A stretch of DNA of 64,000 nt from Pyruvatibacter sp. (lineage in GTDB: Bacteria; Pseudomonadota; Alphaproteobacteria; CGMCC-115125). Where the stretch lies: positions 548,120-612,119 of the forward strand of contig NZ_JAVJSC010000003.1 of the NCBI RefSeq assembly GCF_040219635.1, written 5' to 3'. The translations under genes were made by a program, and so were the position numbers. The notes under the pieces are model-generated. The model saw only the letters and a program-made list of their open reading frames with translations, made no database searches and was not told the DNA's origin. Below, in pieces: positions 29,902 through 37,346 of this stretch (its first letter is position 1; each line of letters starts with the position of its first letter).

Positions 29902-30346
29902 TCAAAACCAGCCAGACACCCGCCGTATTGACGACAACAAAGATGCTTGCGCCGAACAGGTTGGTATCGACAAGATAAATCCGTCCGAGGATATTGAAGC
30001 GGAAGGGCTTGATGCCGTTCTCGTCTTTCAACGCCCCGCCATAAAGCGGCATGGTGGCCATCGTGGCAAAAAAGCTGGCGAGCCAGACATAGTTGAGCAA
30101 AGCCGCCAGCCCTATGTGCGTGGCGTAGTCCGGCGAAGGGGCCCACAGCAAATACAGGATCGCCATCGATATGCCCGCCTGGCTCAGCACCTGCCAGACC
30201 ACATGAAAACGCGCATGCGGCGTCCACAGGGGATTGGTTGCATGTGTCTTGTTGAAGTCGGCAAACATCGGACCGACGGCAATGGCGAAGGCAATAATCG
30301 AAAACAGAATCCGCGGCACAAGCGTCTGGTCGTAGAAAGCATCCAT
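29894..30346 (-). CDS. hypothetical 4-TM membrane protein
   Basis: ATG at 30346 (MDAFYDQTLVPRILFSIIAF...) with GGAG upstream. The track ORF extension to 30631 runs antisense-overlapping into the SDR gene. Confidence 0.5.
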   Translation of the reverse strand: MDAFYDQTLVPRILFSIIAFAIAVGPMFADFNKTHATNPLWTPHARFHVVWQVLSQAGISMAILYLLWAPSPDYATHIGLAALLNYVWLASFFATMATMPLYGGALKDENGIKPFRFNILGRIYLVDTNLFGASIFVVVNTAGVWLVLNA

Positions 30347-30356
30347 GATCTTTCTC

Positions 30357-31145
30357 CTAGATAAGACCGGCGTATGATCCGCCGTCGAGTTGCAGGTTCT
30401 GGCCGGAAATGAACCCGGCCTGCGCGCTGCACAGGAATGCACAGGCATCGCCGAACTCCTCCGGTCGCCCCATGCGTTTTGCAGCAATGGTCTCGCAGAT
30501 TTCCGCACGCGCCTCTTCGCGCGTGATGCCTTTGGCAGCCATTGCGAATTGCGCCATGCGCTCCTGCCGGTCAGTATCGAACCGTTCAGGCAACATGTTG
30601 TTGATGGTGACATTGAAAGGCGCCGCCTCAACCGACAGGCCCTTGCACAGGGCCGTCAGCCCCGACCGCGCAGCGGTGGAAAGGCCCATATAATAGTTGG
30701 GCGACTTCACCATGGCAGAGGTGATGTTGACGATGCGCCCGAAGCGCCGCTCCTTCATGCCCCCGATCACCGCCTTGATCATGAAGGCAGGGGCCAGCAT
30801 GTTCGCGTCAACCGCTGCGTGCCACTCAGCCACGCCCCAGTTGGTAAACTCACCCGGCGGCGGACCTTCATTGTTCGTGACCAGAATGTCCGCATCCGGA
30901 CAAGTGCGCACAAGCGCATCTCGCCCTTCTTCGGTGTTGAGATCAGCGGCAACACCCGGGACGTTTGCCTCATCAACACCAGCCTCGATGGCGACCGCAC
31001 TGCGCGCGACTTCCAGGGTGTCAGCGTGTCGGCTGTTGAGTATCACCATCACCCCTTCACGAGCGAGCGCGACGGCGCAGGCGCGGCCAAGGCCCCGCGA
31101 CGATGCACAGACAATGGCCTTTCGGCCTTCAAGACCAAGATTCAT
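30357..31145 (-). CDS. SDR-family oxidoreductase
   Basis: ...VCASSRGLGRA..., NNEG, YMGLSTAARSG (Y-x3 variant). 262 aa. Overlaps the upstream monooxygenase stop by 4 nt. Confidence 0.8.
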   Translation of the reverse strand: MNLGLEGRKAIVCASSRGLGRACAVALAREGVMVILNSRHADTLEVARSAVAIEAGVDEANVPGVAADLNTEEGRDALVRTCPDADILVTNNEGPPPGEFTNWGVAEWHAAVDANMLAPAFMIKAVIGGMKERRFGRIVNITSAMVKSPNYYMGLSTAARSGLTALCKGLSVEAAPFNVTINNMLPERFDTDRQERMAQFAMAAKGITREEARAEICETIAAKRMGRPEEFGDACAFLCSAQAGFISGQNLQLDGGSYAGLI

Positions 31146-32827
31146 GAGATGCTCCCGGGCTGAACCATGAGTGCGTTCGCCAGCGCCGCGCGCAACGCGA
31201 GTTCCGGATCGTTTTCGGTGCCGGAAAACCGTGCCGCGATGTGACCGTCGGGGCGAACAAGAACCGCACCTGAGGCAGGCAGACCGGTGGCGTCACACCA
31301 GTCAAACCCGCCGTCAAAGTCACACCCCTTGCGGCGGATATCCAAATCCATACCGCCCACCTTGAACGCATCAGGTGCCTGTGGGCCCACCAACAGGGAA
31401 AAGCGGTTCATGGGCAGCAACGAATATGTCGAGGTCGTTGTCGCGCCCTGCGTCACCCAGTAGTGCGGCACATGCGCACCCACGTCCCATTGAGGATGAA
31501 ACGCGCTTGTCTCAATGGCGGATGCAGCAGGCAGCGGCTCGGCACCTGGCAATGCAGCCGATGCATAGCGATACCCGATCTGCAGGTTGAAACTATCGAA
31601 GTGCGGCCGCTGGGCTTCAACCACATCAGGCAATGCGTCGATACCAGAGGGGTTTGCACACAATGCCGCGTAGTGCTCGCTTGCTTTGGTCGGGTCCAGC
31701 CCATGAAGCAGTATAAAAAGATCAATGATCTTTGCGGCGTTGGTCAGGCTTTGCTCAGAGTTGATGCGCGCAATGGGCTGACGTTCGCTTTCGTATGTAT
31801 CAAGCAGGTCCAGCGATGCCTCGCCCTTGATGACAGCCGCGAGTTTCCACGTAAGGTTCTGCGCATCGCCTGCACCGGTGTTCAGGCCAAGGCCGCCGCT
31901 TGGCGGAAACCGATGCGCCGCATCGCCGACAAGAAACACACGCCCCTTGCGATAAGACGACGCAATCTGCGCCGACATCGCCCAGGAGCTGATGTTCTTG
32001 ATGGACAGCTCAAGTTCAGATGCACCAACAGCGCCGCGCACCAGGGCGGCGCATCTCTGTGCATCAAAGTCGGCGAGTGTTTCGGACTGCGGATCATAGG
32101 TGTGCATCAGCACCCACGTGCGTGCGCGGTCATAGGCAATCAGGACGCCGGCATTGTCCGGATCAAACAAAAAGTAGAGCACACCAGTGCGCGCATCTGT
32201 TATCGACCGCAGATCAGCCTCGAAATGGATAGTGATGAAGTTCTCGAGAACTTCCGGCCCTTCCATTGCAATGCCAAGGGCATCCCGGGTTTGCGACCCG
32301 GCACCATCTGCTGCAATCACATAATCATAGGTGCACGTCCTGGCTATTCCCGTGGAGCAGTCTTCGATCGTTGCAATCACCCCGCCATCGACTGTTTTTA
32401 TTCCCGCGCATTGGGTGCCGCGCCGCAGCCGTACCAGAGGCTCTGCGCGCACATGCGCTTCCAGAACCGCTTCGAATTTTGGTTGGGGAATATTGGAGAG
32501 CGGATATGGCGTATGGGCAAGCGCCGCATTGTCCTGCCGTTCATAAGGCAGGACGCCAAACTCAGGTCCGCTTAAAGTTCCCATGAAGCGCACCCAGCCG
32601 CCGTCGTTAGCACTTGCGCCCTGCGCTCGCAGATCTTGCGCATCTATTCCAAGGCGTTGGCAAATTTCCAGCGTCCGCGCATTCACGGCATGGGCTTTGG
32701 GTGCAGCGCCAATTTCGACGCGTCGGTCAATCACATCACACGCGATGCCGTGTCGCGCCAGCGACAGGGCCGATAGCTGCCCTGCCGGGCCGGCACCAAT
32801 AATGAGTACGGGCGGATCATGCGTCAT
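31142..32827 (-). CDS. FAD-dependent aromatic-ring monooxygenase (PheA/TfdB-like)
   Basis: Dinucleotide fold VLIIGAGPAGQLSAL, VFLVGDAAHRFPPSGGLGLNTG motif, and a thioredoxin-like C-terminal domain. Confidence 0.85.
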   Translation of the reverse strand: MTHDPPVLIIGAGPAGQLSALSLARHGIACDVIDRRVEIGAAPKAHAVNARTLEICQRLGIDAQDLRAQGASANDGGWVRFMGTLSGPEFGVLPYERQDNAALAHTPYPLSNIPQPKFEAVLEAHVRAEPLVRLRRGTQCAGIKTVDGGVIATIEDCSTGIARTCTYDYVIAADGAGSQTRDALGIAMEGPEVLENFITIHFEADLRSITDARTGVLYFLFDPDNAGVLIAYDRARTWVLMHTYDPQSETLADFDAQRCAALVRGAVGASELELSIKNISSWAMSAQIASSYRKGRVFLVGDAAHRFPPSGGLGLNTGAGDAQNLTWKLAAVIKGEASLDLLDTYESERQPIARINSEQSLTNAAKIIDLFILLHGLDPTKASEHYAALCANPSGIDALPDVVEAQRPHFDSFNLQIGYRYASAALPGAEPLPAASAIETSAFHPQWDVGAHVPHYWVTQGATTTSTYSLLPMNRFSLLVGPQAPDAFKVGGMDLDIRRKGCDFDGGFDWCDATGLPASGAVLVRPDGHIAARFSGTENDPELALRAALANALMVQPGSIS

Positions 32828-32936
32828 GGGTCACATACCGAGGTCAAACTGTTGAACTGAGAGCGCTCTCATTTTTGAGATACACCTCATTTATCTGGTC
32901 TGTCAACCCGGCACACGGCATACTGCGGCGTGCAGC

Positions 32937-33599
32937 ATGGATTCGAGCCGGAGCAATGACGTGGACGACAGGTTTTTTTCAAACGCCGCCAGTGGCCTTG
33001 GCAAACGTGAAAGAACACTGGCCGCCCTGCTGGATGCGGCGGTGGATGTCATTGGGCGCAAGGGGATGGAAGCTGCGAAAATCAGCGACATGACAACCGC
33101 TGCCGGTCTCGCCAACGGCACGTTTTATAACTACTTCCAATCCAAGGAAGAGATCCTGCACAAGGTGGCGTTGGACCTTGCCATCGAGGTCAGCCGGCGT
33201 CTGGACGACCAGATGACAGGCATCAACGACGGGCCGACGCGCGTCGTCACGGCAACCTCAGGGTTCGTTGACCTGGTCCTCAACTCACCCGACTGGGCCG
33301 CGATACTGCTAGACGCGCAAGAGTACGTATCGACACCCCCTGAAGGAGCGTTTCAGCATCTCATCGCTGACCTGACGCGCGGTGTGGAGCAGGAGGTGTT
33401 CAGCACACAAATCGATGCCTTCACTCTCAGCCAGATCGTGGCGTTGATAGGCGCTGCCATCCACTTTCAGCTCAAACACGGCCGCGACCAGACCCTGACA
33501 CACCGCCTGTGCATCCACATCCTGCGCCTGCTCGGCATGAGCAAACGCAACGCAGATTCGGTGACGCGCAACGCATTGGCGCGAGATATCCATATCTGA
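32937..33599 (+). CDS. TetR/AcrR-family transcriptional regulator
   Basis: N-terminal HTH ...AALLDAAVDVIGRKGMEAAKISDMTTAAGLANGTFYNYFQSKEEIL. Divergent from the monooxygenase operon. Confidence 0.9.
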   Translation: MDSSRSNDVDDRFFSNAASGLGKRERTLAALLDAAVDVIGRKGMEAAKISDMTTAAGLANGTFYNYFQSKEEILHKVALDLAIEVSRRLDDQMTGINDGPTRVVTATSGFVDLVLNSPDWAAILLDAQEYVSTPPEGAFQHLIADLTRGVEQEVFSTQIDAFTLSQIVALIGAAIHFQLKHGRDQTLTHRLCIHILRLLGMSKRNADSVTRNALARDIHI

Positions 33600-33601
33600 A
33601 G

Positions 33602-33648
33602 AAAATTGGAGCGGGCGATGACATTGGAGCTCACGACCCCACCCCAGG
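33602..33648. repeat. decayed copy of the tRNA-Gly 3' part (old att remnant)
   Basis: aaaattggagcgggcgatgaCattGgaGctcacgaccccaCcc... The first roughly 38 positions (tRNA 3' end through the T-arm) carry only 3 mismatches to 56029-56081, after which the alignment decays. The T-loop is destroyed (TTCGAAT becomes CTCCAAT on the tRNA strand), so it is not a functional tRNA. Confidence 0.75.
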
Positions 33649-33791
33649 ATTGAATTGACATTCTTAGTGCCAATTTATTAGTCTTGCGGCAAGCGCTGGA
33701 CGCTGGTGCATGAGAGGCGGTTCCACCCGGCGATCAGACCTGCATCAGCAGCCAAAAGCAGGCTAGCCAGGTCGTACCTCGGAGGGGTGTA

Positions 33792-34205
33792 ATGAAGATC
33801 GTCATACCTTGGTGGCTCACGCTCATCATCATTATTGAAACATTGCCGATGTTCATCGGTCCGGTTGTGGCATTTGCTCTGCCGGGCTTTCTGGGTGGCC
33901 CCGGGGCCGAAGAAGTGAACCAGGCCGCCTATATCTACGCCGCGCGCAACCTGGCAGTTGGCTTTGCCTTTATCATCGCATTCGCACTCAAGAGCGCTCC
34001 AATGCTCTTTATCCTGATCTTTATTCGGCTCTTCACAGACCTGATCGACCTGCCGACACTCCTGCATTTCGGCCTGTCGACCAACACCGCCCGCGTCGTG
34101 TCGATCTTCGTTTTTCTCTACTACATCCCGGCTCTTATTGCCCTGCGGTATCTCTGGAAACAGATGAGACAGACCAATGCAGAGCCAACCGCTGCGCCCG
34201 CTTAA
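33792..34205 (+). CDS. hypothetical 4-TM membrane protein
   Basis: GGAGGGG RBS, 137 aa, hydrophobic. Lower-GC islet. Confidence 0.5.
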   Translation: MKIVIPWWLTLIIIIETLPMFIGPVVAFALPGFLGGPGAEEVNQAAYIYAARNLAVGFAFIIAFALKSAPMLFILIFIRLFTDLIDLPTLLHFGLSTNTARVVSIFVFLYYIPALIALRYLWKQMRQTNAEPTAAPA

Positions 34206-34255
34206 GAGGCGTGAGCCCCCGCATAGTGATGCCCCGCGTTTAAAAGGTTGAGCAC

Positions 34256-35284
34256 GTGAAAAGACTGATCCTGATATCCTTGGCGATAGTTGTCATCGTC
34301 GCCGCCGGCATCGTGATTGCTTTGACGCGCGATGGACAATTGGTCACTCCTGAAGGAGCGGGGACCGTCGCTATTGAGGGGAAAAACTTCGAAGCGTTTC
34401 CCCTGCCCGACTACGCCGCGAAGCTCATTTCGGACGACTACAAGAGCTACTTCATCGAGGTAGAGCCGGGCATCAAGGTGCACATGCTGGAAGTCGGGAC
34501 CGGGTACCCGGTGTTCCTGATGCATGGCAATCCAACGTCAGGATTTCTCTATCGCAAGGTGGCGGACGAACTGCCGACGGACCGGCTGCGGCTGATCATG
34601 CCGACGCTGGTGGGGCTCGGGTTTTCCAGCAAGGTGCCCGCAAGCCAGCACACCCTCGACAATCACATGCGCTGGATAAATGCAGCGCTCGCCCAGTTGG
34701 ATCTGACTGAACTCGTTTACATGGGCCAGGACTGGGGCGGTGCCGTCGGGCTTGGAGCTTTGAGCCGATCGCCCGGCCTGATTGAAGGCGCCGTGATACT
34801 CAACACCGGTTTCAATGCACCGACGCAGGCAGGCAGCCTGTCGAGAGCCCATGACATTGCCAAGACTCCGGTGCTTGGTGAAGTGGTGTTTGAAGGTCTT
34901 GTTTCGATCTTTGACCGGTTGCGCGATGCACAAGGTGACCCGGACTCAATTCCTGCGGAGGTGGCAGACCTCTATGGGCGTCCGGTTGTGGAAAGCGGCA
35001 ACGCAAAGGCCCCCCTCGCCATGATGCGCATGGTCCCCTACAGCCCCGACGAGCCAAGCTCGACCCAGCTCAGAGACATTGAGCGCTATGTGGCCGGTCT
35101 GAACATTCCTGTCGAAATCGTCTGGGGCATTAACGATCCCATCCTCGGGCAAGTGCTGCCAAGGATGAAACAGAACTTTCCCGACGCGCCGGTGACGCAG
35201 ACCCAGGGCGGCCATTTTCTGCAGGAAGAGGTGCCTGCGGAAATCGCCACAGCCTTGTTGCGCATCATTGATCAGGTTCAGTAG
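34256..35284 (+). CDS. haloalkane dehalogenase-like alpha/beta hydrolase with N-terminal membrane anchor
   Basis: HGNPTSGFLYRKV, nucleophile motif GQDWGG and C-terminal GGHFLQEE resemble DhlA-type dehalogenases. GTG start followed by a TM helix. Confidence 0.7.
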   Translation: MKRLILISLAIVVIVAAGIVIALTRDGQLVTPEGAGTVAIEGKNFEAFPLPDYAAKLISDDYKSYFIEVEPGIKVHMLEVGTGYPVFLMHGNPTSGFLYRKVADELPTDRLRLIMPTLVGLGFSSKVPASQHTLDNHMRWINAALAQLDLTELVYMGQDWGGAVGLGALSRSPGLIEGAVILNTGFNAPTQAGSLSRAHDIAKTPVLGEVVFEGLVSIFDRLRDAQGDPDSIPAEVADLYGRPVVESGNAKAPLAMMRMVPYSPDEPSSTQLRDIERYVAGLNIPVEIVWGINDPILGQVLPRMKQNFPDAPVTQTQGGHFLQEEVPAEIATALLRIIDQVQ

Positions 35285-35295
35285 GGAGGAGGTCC

Positions 35296-35406
35296 ATGGC
35301 CAAAGACCTCAGAACAGCGGTCGTGACAGGCGTTTCTTCTGGTATCGGGCGGGCCATCTCCGCGCAGCTGATCAACGATGGCTGGCATGTCTTTGGCACC
35401 AAGTAG
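35296..35406 (+). pseudogene. truncated SDR gene fragment (first 36 codons only)
   Basis: GGGAGGAGG RBS then MAKDLRTAVVTGVSSGIGRAISAQLINDGWHVFGTK-stop. This is the intact TGxxxGIG cofactor motif, but the ORF ends after beta-2. Confidence 0.7.
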
Positions 35407-35433
35407 CGCCACAGGACAGATCGGCGAAGAAAA

Positions 35434-36042
35434 TTGAGCAACGCAACGGGTTCCAGCAACCAGCGGCTTCAACGCGCCAGGGATTTTACTGGTGACAGGC
35501 TCACGACATTCCGCGAGGTGTTTGTACGCCACGGGCTTCCGGGTGCCGCCCTTGCCCTGATTTGCCTGGCTGTGCCCGGTTTGCAGACCGCCTTTTCACA
35601 CAGTCTTGCAGAAGGTATGGCGAACCCGCAGCTATACTTTCTCGCGCTCGTTGTGCTGTTTCTTGCCTTCAACGGGCATGCGTGGCTGATTGACCGGCGT
35701 TGGGACGCATCGAAACTGGGGTGGATCATCTATCTGGGCGCCCTGTCCTTCTGGGAAGAGTGGGTGTTCCGTCTGGCAGTGCCAAACCTCCTGGAAGGCT
35801 TTGGCGCATCGGTCTGGGTGGCGGCCACGCTTAGCGCCGTGGTATTTGGAGCCGCGCATTATTTCACCCTGCGGTGGAAGTGGCAGTGGTGCGTGGCGGC
35901 GTTTGTCGGCAGCCTCGCCCTGAGCCGGCAAATGGAGCTGCATGATGATCTGTTGCTCATCACCGCAATCCATTGGATCGCGACCTATCTCAATACGCCC
36001 CGCCCGCCTGCGGGGTCTGTATCGAACCAGAACCGGAAATAG
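35434..36042 (+). CDS. CPBP-family intramembrane glutamic protease (CAAX/Abi-like)
   Basis: EEWVFRLAV (EExxxR), FGAAHY (FxxxH) and a later HWIATY. Only a TTG start is available at 35434, so the start is uncertain and the gene may be 5'-damaged. Confidence 0.6.
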   Translation: MSNATGSSNQRLQRARDFTGDRLTTFREVFVRHGLPGAALALICLAVPGLQTAFSHSLAEGMANPQLYFLALVVLFLAFNGHAWLIDRRWDASKLGWIIYLGALSFWEEWVFRLAVPNLLEGFGASVWVAATLSAVVFGAAHYFTLRWKWQWCVAAFVGSLALSRQMELHDDLLLITAIHWIATYLNTPRPPAGSVSNQNRK

Positions 36043-36121
36043 GAAACTTCAAGCCGACGCAGCCGCATACTGCATCACTTGATGCCGCAAGACCCCGAAA
36101 ACCGGTATCTATGATGTTGGA

Positions 36122-36174
36122 AAATTGGAGCGGGCGATGAGATTCGAACTCACGACCCCAACCTTGGCAAGGTT
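36122..36174. repeat. attL-type direct repeat: perfect 53-bp copy of the tRNA-Gly(GCC) 3' part
   Basis: aaattggagcgggcgatgagattcgaactcacgaccccaaccttggcaaggtt is identical to 56029-56081. Confidence 0.95.
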
Positions 36175-36533
36175 TGCATAGTGACGTTCAACGGTTTCAT
36201 CACTTTGCAGGAGGTTGATGAAAAGTAGACTAGCTGGCTGTATGTATAGCTCTCTTATGGTTGGCAGAATGGCCCTGAAAGCCTCAAGTCGGGAATGTAA
36301 CCGCCCAGTAACCGACATGCCGTGCATCATGGTGTCTGATAAACCCCATCGATCTACGAGTTCTGGCCGCAGTTGGATGAGCATTGAGGCTCAGTTCACT
36401 AGCCAACGGCGCGAAATGACAAAACGCGGTGGGCGGTCAGCGGCTTTCCAATAGCCGCTTCTGCATCTCGGCAATCAAGCAAAAGTAGTTATTAGGCTGG
36501 CGACTCTAAGGGCAATTCAGGTAGAAACAGGCA

Positions 36534-37334
36534 ATGGAAAATTCCGGCTCCACTTTCTCCGGTCGCTTCGGGTACCACGCGCCTGCAGTCGAGATCACTA
36601 TTCGCGAAGACGCCCCGACTTCGGTGCGCGATGGCATCTTGATGCTGGGCTACGGTGCTGACCTAGGACCGGGGGAAATGCGCGACATCCTCTGTCGGGT
36701 CTTACTGACTCGCCCCGATCAGAATAATTGGTCGGCTACCAACATTGAGCGTGAGGTCTCAGGGCTAATCGACGATGCGCCTTGGTACAAGGTCTATGAC
36801 TTTGCGGAACGTCTTTACATCAAACTAGGTGCAGATGGTCATACGGGCGACCGTCAAGACTCCTTCGAAGCTCAACTCAATCAGCTCTTCCGCGAGAAGG
36901 GTGTCGGGTGGGAGATGAAAAACGGAGCCATTGTCGCTCGCGGCTCAGAAGCATTCACTCTGGCAACTGGGCACGCGACGGATGTCATGCGCGAAAGTGG
37001 GACCCCAACTGCCGCGAGCGAAATCCACGAAGCGCTTCGCGATATTTCACGCCGCCCAGATGCCGATGTAACGGGCGCAATCCAGCACGCCATGGCAGCT
37101 TTAGAATGTGTGGCGCGGGAAGTGGATGGCAGTAGCGATACGCTAGGACAGATCATCAAGCGACTTAACCTGGCTGCACCACTTGATGGTTCACTGCACC
37201 AACTATGGGGATTTGCCTCGCAGCAAGGTCGCCATATTCAAGAAGGTCGGAATCCAAGCTTCGAAGAAGCAGAGTTAGTAGTTACGCTTGCGAGCGCGGT
37301 TAGCATTTTTCTCCTTCGGCGTCGGGACGGTTGA
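36534..37334 (+). CDS. AbiJ-like abortive-infection protein (AbiJ-NTD4-type N-terminus, HEPN-like C-terminal module)
   Basis: N-terminus ...FSGRFGYHAPAVEITIRED... fits the FSxRxGy...i pattern of AbiJ N-terminal domains. C-terminus ...PDADVTGAIQHAMAALECVAREV...TLGQIIKRL...LWGFASQQGRHIQEG...EEAELVVTLASAVSIFLL fits the AbiJ/HEPN helical module. Assigned from memory. Confidence 0.5.
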   Translation: MENSGSTFSGRFGYHAPAVEITIREDAPTSVRDGILMLGYGADLGPGEMRDILCRVLLTRPDQNNWSATNIEREVSGLIDDAPWYKVYDFAERLYIKLGADGHTGDRQDSFEAQLNQLFREKGVGWEMKNGAIVARGSEAFTLATGHATDVMRESGTPTAASEIHEALRDISRRPDADVTGAIQHAMAALECVAREVDGSSDTLGQIIKRLNLAAPLDGSLHQLWGFASQQGRHIQEGRNPSFEEAELVVTLASAVSIFLLRRRDG

Positions 37335-37346
37335 TTCAGCCGACCA

